Shown here: one piece after another, positions 1 through 11,700 of the stretch
Layout of the letters: each line of letters begins with the position of its first letter
Position numbering within the stretch: the first letter of the stretch is position 1
From: Schmidtea polychroa
Lineage: Eukaryota
Direction of reading: 5' to 3'
Assembly: GCA_044892525.1 (NCBI GenBank)
Contig: CM097885.1
Coordinates: forward strand, 868,001 to 932,000
DNA length: 64,000 bases
The notes under the pieces: model-generated
The model's input: the letters and a program-made list of their open reading frames with translations, nothing else
What the model was told of the DNA's origin: nothing
The model's database searches: none
Translations under genes and position numbers: made by a program

Positions 1-3000
1 TCGAGGAAGAATGAGTCTGTATCCCCGGCTATGATATTTATTTGGCAATCGAACTGTGCTCGATATTTTGACAGTTCAATATATTGTAGTTCATACATTC
101 TAAGTTTAGATAAGTCTAGCACTGTTTGACCAATGTAGCTAGGCCTATCTAAACAAACTACATCTTTATTCAGCAAAAGGGCAATCAAATCATCAGCAAT
201 TTTAATTGAACGTCTAAATGTTGGCTTTGAAGTGTATTTAACCAATTTTTCGGCATTGTTGCACAATCTCAGATTTATTCTTTTCTTCAGATTCTCCACT
301 GTCTTGCCGTAAACACTATTATTTAAAAGTTTATAAAAATCTCTATCTAAACTATTTTGTGATTCAGCTCGAAGTTGGGTATTTGTGTTGATATAATCCT
401 TCAATATCGGCTTTTGTGTAAATTTTATTGCCCGATGTATATTGGTGACTTCCACTCCAAGGGCCATATATAATTTCAAAAGTCTCCAATGAATAACATA
501 ATTAGTTTTCGCATGATGGGTTAATAATAATTTTGGTATATTTGAATCTGGTGGACACATTTTCTCTGCTGCGACTGGGAAATCATCTAATAGGTCGTGG
601 ATATTTGACGGTATGACTAAATCAACTTCCAATGTGTATCCATAAGTTAAATTTTCTAGTTTGGAACTAATACAGTCAACTAAAATGGATAATAATTCCA
701 CTTCATTATATATCCACTCAAAATCGCTACATGGCAAGTATTGGCTTAACGCCCACCCATACAGGTTGTTTATATCGATATAAAGCAACTCTGTTTCATC
801 ATCTGTTACTGCGAAGTGTTTATTTACAAATGTGAGACCACCACGGATCCCACCCTCGAAGAAATTATACATCTCCATGTCCATCAGTAATTCCACTGGT
901 TCTTCTAAGGTCATGAGCGCAGATGCCCAAGACATTCCAGGGATTCCAAAAAAATTGAGTGGCTCGAGTCCATTATGTGCTTTTGATCTTGCTCGAAATT
1001 GTTGGAAGAAATCGGCAAGTAAAAACACATCAAGTTTTAAATAAATTTGTAAATAATCCATTAGAGTTTCGCAACTTGTTTCTTGCCATATTTGTTGCGC
1101 TATTATATACTCTTCATTTGTAACGCCTTCCCAAATAGCGGGCAATTCATATGTTGTTTCTAATATTTCCTCACTTGTGGCAAAATCATAAGGAAAAATT
1201 CCTTTGTTGTTTATGATGGTTCCAGTATTGAATACTGAACGGGTCAAAGGCAATTCGTTCAATGTTTTTACTGCATTATGTAATGAAGTATTGACAAACT
1301 GATATGAGTCAATAAATCTTATTGTAAATTTACCCAGCCATGCTATCAATGTTAAAAATTTCTCTGTGCTTGTTGGTATGCAGCTGAGACTCCAATGATG
1401 AAATTGATTGAGCCCATATTTCAAAATGTGATGTAGATCATACCCTTTCAGATTATGAAATACGATGGGTAATGTTTCTCTGATTTTCCTTTGTTGATTG
1501 CATACATTGCATGAGGCTCCGAGATATTTGCCAGTGAAATGATCATGGTCTTTCACTTTCTCTGGCATTGGCTTTTTGCACAAGTAACAATTGACAACTG
1601 TGTGGAATTGCAGCTTTTCCTGATTTGTCAAAAATTTCATTTGACAATGCCCACTTGTCTTATAATAAACCTTCACTATATTGTTGACAATATTTTCTAC
1701 ATCCATCAGAAATCTGTATACACAATCTGGTCCAATAAAATGACTATATTTCGTTGACCCAGTAAAATTATTTACCAGTAACAGCCCCGCTGCTATAGGT
1801 AAATGTTTTTGGTGTTGTCTTTCATCAAGAGGTAAAACAGCTTCGAAGTCAGCATATATAACAAAAGGCGGAGTTACCATTTTTGACCAGTCATTAAATT
1901 TTAAATCTGAGTTTTCTGGCAACGTGTATAATGTTGTGCCCAATTGGTTTTTCTTGCATAAAGCTACATGCCTGTCAAAAGCATCTTCTCTTCTAAAACC
2001 ATTTAAACATGTCTCGCACCATCTGCATTGAATACGGACTGGGCAACTATGAGTTTTTCTACAATTCATTAATCGCTGTAAATCTGGAACTGCAGTATAG
2101 TGGTATTGGCCATTCGATTCTAACAATAGTAAATACATCGGTGTAACCCCAGTTACTTTAGTCCGATGTATTATATCAATATGTGGATGTTTCATTATAA
2201 TATCCACATTATCGATATCAATCATATTTTTAGGATTGTAACTGAGGACATTGATAGCAATTCCTTCGTTATGCTTTTCGAATTTTGAAATGTCCTTCAA
2301 TTTCATTGGCATATCTAATTCATTATATACCAATTCGGATAAGAACTGTGTATAATTTTCAACATTTGTATTATCAGTAATAATGATATCTTTTTTCAAA
2401 TTGGCTAGCACACTGTATATGAAACACATATCATCTCCGTTGATCACATTTATTAATGCATTTTTATTTATTAAGGCTTTCGGAGTTGGAATATAATTTC
2501 TTCCGGATAATCTGGATATTTCGGAAATCTTAGTTATTTTGAAATTTATTTCAATTATTCTTATCAGACGCCATCCGCTTTCAAGTTCCGATCTGATATG
2601 AATTTTCTCGTGCAGCTTTTCAATACCATCTGCAATAAACTTTTCAAAATTGTTCTCAGTTACCATCACCGCTTTGTTAGAAAATCTTGATGATTGGAAT
2701 TCTCCATCCTTTTCGAAATCACATTCTATCCCGAATTGAACTTTCACAGTTTTCATCTCCTTGATTGTAGATAATAGTTTCTCAGAGAAATTTTCGGGTA
2801 GATTTATCTCATTCATGTTTTTGAACGACATTTTAATTGTTTTATGACAATTTTTCAAGTCAGATTCAATCTCGACTTCTTCAGTAGGTTCCCATTCATT
2901 AACAATCTGGAAATCATCCCATATATTGTCCTCTTCTACTATTTGTTCCGTTTCCACAGGTTCTTCCATCGGTTCTTCCACTGGTTCTTCCACTTGTTCT

Positions 3001-5785
3001 TCCACTGGTTCTTCCACTTGTTCTTCCACTGGTTCTTCCATCGGTTCTTCCACTGGTTCTTCCACTTGTTCTTCCACTGGTTCTTCCACTTGTTCTTCCA
3101 CTGGTTCTTCCATCGGTTCTTCCACTGGTTCTTCCACTGATTCTTCAATATCTTCTATCAAATTAGTTGATCCACAACCAATTTGATAATTTAAAAAATT
3201 CCTTGATTCACCTATAACGATAACATCATCATCATCAGATTCATCTATAATGATGATGTTATAATTAAGTTTTTGTTTTTTAGTAGGTACGTCTATTATA
3301 CCGTTATTAAATAATTTTTTAAAAAATTCTTTCTTATCAGATTTAAAATATGTAAGATGATCTTTGTGATCATTATAAAATATTTCATATGGCTTAGTGA
3401 AAAGAGCTTCGCAAAATGGGCATAAATAATATTTTTTATTATAATAATTTCTTAAATAGTATTTTTCCATTGCTTCATGGCATTGTTTCCCATCATGTTC
3501 TTTTGCGGTGCAACATTGTTTGTATAAATTGCCTTAAATAATTACAATTGCTTTATTATGTTTCTTTTTAAACATATTTAACAATAAACATCTCTCAAAA
3601 GTTTATATTTTTATGGGCGGAAAGGTTGATTTTGATCTTGGTTTATATAGCGAAATGCAATATAAAAAGGAATTATTTAATTTTATAATGTATTTATTTT
3701 ATTATTTTATGTTTTATGTTTTATTTATTTTTAACCATTAAATGGTTTAATTATATGGTTTAATTATATGGTTTATTTATAATATTGAATTTCATTTATA
3801 TTATCGGTAATTCATTTATCTCTATTGATTATCATTTATCTTAATTATTATTATTCCAAAATTATTAATATATTAAAATTTATAATTAAGTTAATTTGTC
3901 CAGGGTATATTCAATTATTTATTCAAATTCAAAATAAGATAAAATCAATTATAATCATTCATAAAATAAATCATTAAGTGGATGTCCTAGATGATTTGAT
4001 TTTATTGTATTTGTGTTAGTCTTTTTATTTGCCATACGTACATACATGCATCAATTTTTAATTTTTTCGAATTTTCAATTTTTTTTTTATAAATTTTAAC
4101 TTTTTATAGATTTACACTTTTAAATTTCATTGTGCATCTAAATTTATTTTTCACCTCTATACACCATAAAAATGGACAAGGGCAGCATTTAGCTCACTAT
4201 GTAAACTTTATTTAATGAGTTACAATATTATTGAATGCCCTTAGTTATTTTAAAATTGTTCAATTTTTTTTTTATCACAATTCATATTTTTGAAATGAAG
4301 TTTCATTTATACATTCATTATTTTTTATAATAAAATTCATGTTGAACGTCTTAATATAGTTAAAATATATATATATTGTCTAATAAATTTCATTTAAAAT
4401 TTGAACTTTGTACTAATTTATTATATATGGCCCTTGGAGTGGAAGTCTCAATAATTCTCAATAATTTTAAGAAATTTATTTAAATCTAAATCTAAATCTA
4501 AATATCTAAATATTTACCAATAAACATCTGATTAAATATCATTTTTTTTTACTATTTTAAATTTTCTTAAACAAAGAACTATAGAAATATGACAATTATT
4601 TAACAATCCATATACTTTTAATTTCACTTACATGAAATACTAGAAGTTTCGTGATGCAATCAAATTTTAAATTAATCTCATCTTAGTTGATTAATGTAAA
4701 AATAATATTGCAAATAAAAATTCGATTTTAAAATGAAGTTTTATTTATATTTTCATCATTTTTTTTTATAATAAAATTAAAGTTGATCGTCGTAATATTG
4801 TTAAAATAAACTAACAATAACTATATTAATATTGTCTAAAAAAATAATTTCAGTAAATATATTAACTTTGTACTTTTTTTATTTTCAGTTTATATATCAA
4901 TATATTTGTATTTATGTGATACGTATATTATTTATGCTTCAAAGGACTTGGGCAAAAATTTGAGTTGCATAAATGAACATTTTTATCTTCAAATCTGAAA
5001 TTTTTATAATACAATTAAAATTGTTAATATTATATATTGAAAATCTGAAACATCAATTGTTTTTGTAGTCATACTTTTCTTTAACAGGTAAAGTATATAA
5101 TTTCTTCACCTATTTTTCATGAAAATTGTTTTAGAAAATTATTCTCAGAGATATCAAAAGCAGAAGTTTATATTTTTTTAATTTGACATCAGTGACAGAA
5201 TTCTGTTTATTTCTGGTATAATAAATATCTTTTCTATAATTAGGTTACTTATAGTAAAAAATAATATTCCTTATCAATAATTAAAATATTGTCTAAAAAA
5301 TAATTTCAGTAAATATATTAACTTTGTACTAATTTTAATTAATAATTAATATATTACTAATTTTCATTAATTTTAAGAAATTTATTTAAATGAATTCATC
5401 TAAATATTAACATCTGATTAAATATCATTTTTTTACTAATTTAAATTTTCTTAAACAAAGAAATATATAACTAGAAATCTAAGTTAAATTTTGTAATTTA
5501 CTTACATTTTATCTTCTTTGCGAAATATTCAATAGTTCCAGCAGCACAAGCAACTGAATCATCAACTGAATCCACATTAAAATTTCCTGGAAAAGACAAT
5601 TAAAAATAAGCAATGAATTATTATTATTTAACTTTTTCGTCCATATTCGTTTGCAGGTATCGAAGTAACAAAATGTTCTTCAATTATGACACAATCGCTA
5701 TCTAGAAAATAAATATATATATATATATTAAAATGAATTAAAAAATAATGAAAATACCATTTTCGTAATCGATGTCTGTGATCAT
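1..5785 (-). CDS. Protein-primed family B DNA polymerase (Polinton/Maverick-type), subfamily A; apparently intact, spliced, runs off the left edge. Predicted exons 5785-5758, 5701-5633, 5586-5506, 3532-<1
   Basis: Manual translation is open from 3532 to 1 (absent from the ORF track, presumably because the stop lies outside the window). Motifs: VIYADFEA (ExoI), CYLC..DHDHFTGKYLGASCNVCN (EndoVII-like), FHNLKGYD (ExoII), YLKLDV (ExoIII), YIDINNLYG (pol A), KLLNNSVYGK (pol B), AGDTDSFF (pol C). The upstream exons are bounded by GT..AG and stay in frame; they are predicted only. Confidence 0.9.
2945..3145 (-). repeat. 12-bp coding tandem repeat (EEPV/EEQV/EEPM) in the pPolB-A N-terminal region
   Basis: GGTTCTTCCACT-type units in frame with pPolB; the overlapping small ORFs are its alternative frames. 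Confidence 0.9.
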
Positions 5786-5978
5786 TATTTCTAAAGTTAT
5801 TTTGTAATAATGAAAATGTTTATAATGAAAAGCATACTTTATTCTCCAGCCAATTAAAATTAAGATAGAAAATATATTACGTTGTGGTATTTTAAAATTA
5901 TTTTGTGAAAAGTGAAATAAATATGTGCTTAAATTAACTATGATCATAATTACATATTTTTATTTAAAATAAATAGAT

Positions 5979-5981
<3 letters not shown>

Positions 5982-6033
<52 letters not shown>
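5982..6033. repeat. (TA)n microsatellite
   Basis: Direct inspection. Confidence 0.95.
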
Positions 6034-6036
<3 letters not shown>

Positions 6037-6529
6037 TAAATGTCTGATAATGACCATTTTATTTTACCATTTATTTTACCCTTATTTTGATTCGATTCAA
6101 TTATGTATTATATATAGTAGACTTTCGAATGATATAAAACTTGTGTGTGAGTAAAACCGTCCATTATTTATTGCTCCTTATCAATGTTTTCATATACAGA
6201 CACACATAGATTATCTGACCAAAATAAAACAAATATATATATATAGTTTTCATAAATTTTAATCAAATTACATGTATTTTCTTAAAAAATTTTGATTTTA
6301 CCCTTATTTATTGCCCTTTACACACATTCACTTTAGATCTCGCTTAGAAATATTTTTCTATCCTTAAGGTGTGTAATACAAAGACATATGCAATACAAGT
6401 GCATGAGTAACAAAGACATTTGCAATGCAAATGCACGAGTAACAAAGACATTTGCAAACGTAGTATTAAAACGTGTTTTGACTTTGAAAATTTTCTATAA
6501 AGTAATTCGTTAAATGGACTTAGAAAATT

Positions 6530-7053
6530 TTTAATTTTTGACCTTGATTTGACCTTAAAATTAGGGGTAGGGGGTAGGGGGTTGACCTTAAAATTTTCTA
6601 TGACCTTAAAATTTTCTATGACCTTAAAAATAGGGGTAGGGGGTAGGGGGGTTGACCTTAAAATTTTCTATGACCTTAAAAATAGGGGTAGGGGGTAGGG
6701 GGGTTGACCTTAAAATTTTCTATGACCTTAAAAATAGGGGTAGGGGGTAGGGGGGTTGACCTTAAAATTTTCTATGACCTTAATAATAGGGGTAGGGGGT
6801 AGGGGGGTTGACCTTAAAATTTTCTATGACCTTAAAATTTGGGAAAATTAGACTTTGGCCTCAGAAGTTGACCTTAAAATAGTCTAAAATCGACTTTGAC
6901 CTCAGAATTTGACCTTAAAGTGGCTTAAATTGACCTTAAACTGTCCTGAAAATGACATTGACCTTAAAATTTGACCTTAAGTTGACCTCAAAATTTTCTA
7001 TGACCTTAAGTTGACCTTAACGATGAGTCATCGTGCGCTCACTTCTACCTACT
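6530..7053 (-). repeat. Left terminal region of element A: TGACCTTAA array, ~52-bp G-rich tandem units, putative terminus AGTAGGTAGAAGTGAG at 7053
   Basis: Five TAGGGGTAGGGGGTAGGGGG units (~6562-6810) and many TGACCTTAA copies. It ends in ...CTCACTTCTACCTACT, resembling the CTCACTATATACTACT termini elsewhere, and abuts a truncated MULE end. Confidence 0.65.
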
Positions 7054-8778
7054 TAAACATCGAAAGCATTTTTATTATTTAAAAAAAAAAATTGTATGTA
7101 ATTGATGTAACAATTTTAACATTTGTTGACTTTTAAAACTATTAGGCCGCTTGAAGTTCTTAATTATGGGCTAAACCTCTTAAATAATCTAAAATGTTTC
7201 GAGTTCCATATGACTCTACTATAGACTTGATTCTTCTGGCAGTTTCGATATAAATTCTTTTTGATGGTGGTGGAATAATTCCTGACGTTAATTGTTCCAA
7301 TTTCAATCGAGTCAGGCCTTCTTCTTTCTTTAAAATTTTAAGAAAACGCCAGAAATTTGGGTTACTTGATGCCATCAATGAACTAAAAGATCGATGCCAT
7401 CCTTCAATCGAGTTATTTGTTTTAGGAAGATCATCGATTGATGCTTCGTAACAATTCCAAAGCGATATCGGAACTCTTGGTGATCTTCTTCCTGTTGCAG
7501 ATCTTGTTGGTCTTCCAATCCACTGATCCTCGATATAATCGATAAGTGGACAAAGCAATTGTTCGTTTTCTCTGAAGAAATCAGAGTCTAAAAGTACATT
7601 GAAACACTCAATGACATCTTCTTCTGGCACAAAAGCTAAAGCTGCAAGTTGTCGCAAATATAAAGAAAAATCAGGATCCTGTATATCCTTATATTTGTCG
7701 CTAATTGGACTGTTTCTTTGTATTTCTCTCCATATACATTGAGAAAAATGGAAGAAACAACCACGAATTCTTGTATCGGGGAAGCAATCTTTGATTGAAT
7801 TAATAATTGCTTGTTCAAAATCCGATAACACAGATACTGGTGATGGAGCAGGCTTTATTTGCTTTAATTGGCGAAAAACTTTAGTATAAGTTTCTTGTCT
7901 TTTGTTAGGCAAAAGAGCATAAACCAAAGGTATCACTGTTTTATCGATAATACAATGTACCGTAAACATCTGAAAAAATAAACTTGGAGCAGTTTTAAAT
8001 GTTCCATCAACGTATAAATGCGGAGATGATACTAATGTATCAATTAATCGACTTGTGCTGAACATCACAATTCTATCTGCGCCATCATTTGAATCGTAGA
8101 TTACAAAATCATCTCCAATTGCAGTTTTTCTTAAGTTTTCGGGTATAAATAAATCCGAAAGTGATGTCGGCGAAGGCAATATCCCTGATGCTTGATTTCT
8201 TTGTCTTCTGATAGTTCTTTTGATCGAATCTATCTTCGGCAACTTGCTACAAACAGCTTGAGACGATGTTGACGTTGCCGCTGCAATAATTTGAAGCGGT
8301 GTTTCGGTGGAAGTTTTTGAACTTTCTTTTATTTCAGAATAAAGCTCTTTAGCTTTAATAACGGCAACTTTTGGAACATGATTATGTTCTCCTATTTCTT
8401 TTTCCACTTGATTATCAACAGTGTGGCATCTTCCTTTGCACTTAAATGTCAAATATTCCACACATTTCCAATAAGTTTTTTCGTTATGTTGCCTATCTTT
8501 TTGATAAAGAAAACTATTATATAAAAGTTGATTAACACCTTTTTGACTTTTAATAAATTTAATCTCCATTTTTATAATTGGAATCAATATTTAGCTAATT
8601 TAATAATTTAACTATGAAGAAATGAAAGGAAACGGAAACAATTTAAAGGGACTTTTTATTAATTTTTCGATATTTTGTTTTCGATATTTTTGTTTTCGAA
8701 ATTTTGTCTATTCAATATTTTATTTTCGGTGTTTTTGTTTTAGTTTTTTTAATTTTCGGTATTTTGTCCGGGATTCCC
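7054..8778 (-). mobile_element. Mutator-like (MULE) DNA transposon; 5' end intact, 3' TIR truncated
   Basis: The 5' end GGGAATCCCGGACAAAATACCGAAAA is followed by internal AAAATATCGAAAA-type repeats (8660-8778). Only AAACATCGAAA remains at ~7055. Confidence 0.8.
7160..8569 (-). CDS. MULE transposase with N-terminal FLYWCH zinc finger
   Basis: FLYQK..YWKC..CKGRC..HNH, YVDGTFK, SDFEQA, GCFFHFSQC, TNNSIEGWH. First ATG at 8569 (the ORF track starts at 8587). Confidence 0.92.
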   Translation of the reverse strand: MEIKFIKSQKGVNQLLYNSFLYQKDRQHNEKTYWKCVEYLTFKCKGRCHTVDNQVEKEIGEHNHVPKVAVIKAKELYSEIKESSKTSTETPLQIIAAATSTSSQAVCSKLPKIDSIKRTIRRQRNQASGILPSPTSLSDLFIPENLRKTAIGDDFVIYDSNDGADRIVMFSTSRLIDTLVSSPHLYVDGTFKTAPSLFFQMFTVHCIIDKTVIPLVYALLPNKRQETYTKVFRQLKQIKPAPSPVSVLSDFEQAIINSIKDCFPDTRIRGCFFHFSQCIWREIQRNSPISDKYKDIQDPDFSLYLRQLAALAFVPEEDVIECFNVLLDSDFFRENEQLLCPLIDYIEDQWIGRPTRSATGRRSPRVPISLWNCYEASIDDLPKTNNSIEGWHRSFSSLMASSNPNFWRFLKILKKEEGLTRLKLEQLTSGIIPPPSKRIYIETARRIKSIVESYGTRNILDYLRGLAHN

Positions 8779-11700
8779 GTTATATATTTCTATTTCATTT
8801 GTAAGTTGCCCTTCACATTCAAAGTATGTTTTGCAATTATGATATAGGTCCTTAAACATATTAAGTGTATCATTATTAATGCCTAGTTCTGTTAGTGTTT
8901 GCCATATAAGTTGATGTGGCACACTTCCGAATGCATCAGCGAGGTCTAACCAGATTATGTTAATGTCGCCATTATTGCGAATTGCTCTCTCTTTAATAAG
9001 TGTAAGTACAGTGTTATGCTCAGCGCAGCCATCAGGTATGCCTATAGCCTTTTGGTTTATACTAATCAGGCCTTCAGTTCTTATCCATTCAAGTAGTCTT
9101 ATATTAATTATGGCCGAAAAAATCCTATAAGCTGTGTCAAGTATTGCAAGGGGGCGCCAGGAGGAGACTTCAAAGCTGGAGTTTTCTTTGTGGGGCTAAA
9201 TGATCAATTTAGTCTTAAAATCTTTCCATCTAGTAGGAGTTTTAATATTTCTAAGAATGTTATTATAGAGGGAACATAAAAAAGATAGTTCAGGGTCAGA
9301 TTATTAATATTATCCTTAATCTCACTAATTGTTATTATTTTATTAGTAATTTGTTCGGGTTCTTTGGTTGAGTTGTTGTATTGTGGGTTTTCAATATTTA
9401 TTAAGGGTTTTTTAAAGCTATCTATTATTTTTTCACTCGATGGTGGAATAATTTGGACAATGTTATTAAGTATTTTATTCAGAGTTATTTTAGGTTTCTT
9501 ATTATAATTGTATCTTATTTGGTAGGTCAGTTCATTTTGTTTTGTTTTGTTGTTGATATTATGTATACTTAAGGGTTTGTCATATTTGTTAGGAAAAATA
9601 GAGGCATGTATTTTAGATATCTCATTTAGACCTATTTCAGGGGTTATGTCATTGTTATTTAATTGTATATTGAGGTTGTTAAAAAATTCTTATATTTATT
9701 AATATTGTCGTTGGGTAGTCTTTCAGTTATCGTTTTAATAATAATTTCTCTTAATTGTGTTCTAATTAGGTTAATGTTAGGTGAAGAGATTATGCTATTG
9801 TTCTTATTAAGGCAAAGTGCGAAGTGACAGATATAAAAACCTGAGTCGTTTATAGAGCACGTGGGGTATTGTTGTTCTGTAGCTGTTATAGTTATAGGTG
9901 ATATTATATTTTGCATACTAAGTATCGTGTTTAATATATCCTTAACTATTGTTTCATGTTTATTAATGCTGTGTCCGCAGGTAGGGTCTATAAGGGTAGC
10001 TAGTTTTCTAGATTTATATAAGTAAAATAGTGCCCAAGCATGGCCTGTTAAGTTAAGTGGGAAGATGATTTCATTCCATTCAGGGTATTTATGAAATGGA
10101 AATGATTCAAAAAATGTTTTAAGGTTTTTCTTTATTAAGGATATACCTATGAAATTATCGATAATTATAGTGGAGTGGAGTTTGGTAAAGGCGTGTAGGT
10201 ATAGTTTAACAGTATGCTGATTTAGTCAATCTAATCCTATGTCGGCATTAACCAGTGGTATATCATCTGGTCTTGTCTTGTCGTCTTTTTCTATTGGCGT
10301 GACACCTTTATGTTTATTAAAATGGTCAAGTTTGGTGTGTGTTTCTATTGTTGCTCCGCAGTAGCATGTGATTTGGTTAGTATTACATATTTTGTTTTTG
10401 TGCTTTGTGCTAATATGTTTATCAATCTCGTCTTGTGTGGATCTTACTGTAAGTTTATTTATGCATGGTTTCCTAAGTGATTTATTATTGCAGTTTATGG
10501 TACCTTCCTCATTTATTGTTAAGGTATGTTCCTTAAGCTTAATGTTAATCATTTCTCTAGATAAAGGTACCGCTAAGTCTTTATGAGTTTCATTAATGTG
10601 TTCAGTGATAGTGTTCAATAAAAAGTTACATTTAATGTTTGTGTTACGTTGTGAACATAAAACGCATTGGAAGGTGTCATATTTGTTGATTTCGGTTGTG
10701 TGTACTTCTAATCTATTTTGTTAGTTGGTCTTCGAATTTAGTTGCACCTATCTTACCTTTACAATTGGGGTAGTAACATATTAGGTAACCATCACCTCTT
10801 AGTTTAAAAATTGGTTCCCTTAGTGTGCGTAGAGCAAATTTATTGGGTTTTAGGACTGGGGTGTTTATTTTTTCAATTTCGTTTGATTCTAGTATTGGTT
10901 GGAGATCAGTTTTATTTATAATGGGGCTAGCATTAGTACACGTAGTGTTGATGTCATCTTTTGGGGTGGGGATTAATATGTTATTATGTGTTATTGTGGT
11001 TGTTTTTCCTAGTACATCAAGTTTATTTACGATTTTAAAAGCTTCGAATGTTTGCGTATTCATGTATGATGGTTTAGTGTCATGGATATTAGAGTCGTTA
11101 CTTGAAGTGTTCGATTGTGTGGGTGTGTTTTCAAAAAGATCTATACTCGAGTCTATTTGTGGGTGAATATTGCTCTTACTGTAGATCATAGGGCTGGGGT
11201 TTACAGAGTTCGTAAGCGGGCTATATGATATAGTTTCAGTCGTTGTTTGTGGTAGCATTTTAGTATTTATATTTCCATCAGAAAGTTCAGAGGATTCAGA
11301 GTCAGAGATTTGGATATCGTCAATGTCTGGCACCACAGTATTCGTTGGGTGTTCAGTTACGTCGTCATTAATTATATCAGATAGTATAGGAGATTCAGAG
11401 TCAGAAGTGTTTTGATTAATTATGTTAGTTTTAGAGTTATCATTAAGGTCGAGTTCATTATTTGCATCAGGAAGTATGTCAGATTCAGAGTCAGAGGGGT
11501 TACTGCAGTCAAGGTCTACATTACGGCTATGAAGGATATCTTTGTCAATATCAGGAGTTTCACGAATGTCAAGATTAGTAATATTAATTTCAGGGTCAGA
11601 TTCATCGTTTTTATCACTGTCAGAGGGTATACCAGGTATTTGGTTGGAAAACTTATAGCAGGCAGTATCTTTATTCACGTCATCTTGATCATCAATGTCA

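Noticed and set aside
1490..1600. EndoVII-like motif as a novelty or mobile intron/intein
   Set aside because: This insert is a known feature of many Maverick/adintovirus-type PolB proteins.
832..1757. Plus-strand small ORFs (also 15101, 21381, 34245, 36234, 60290, 62783)
   Set aside because: Antisense shadows of pPolB or transposase genes.
2844..3186. ORFs rich in FFHW, STGSS and KNQW
   Set aside because: Alternative frames of the 12-bp EEPV repeat of pPolB.
6560..6812. Telomeric repeat
   Set aside because: Not tandem TTAGGG; embedded in 52-bp units.
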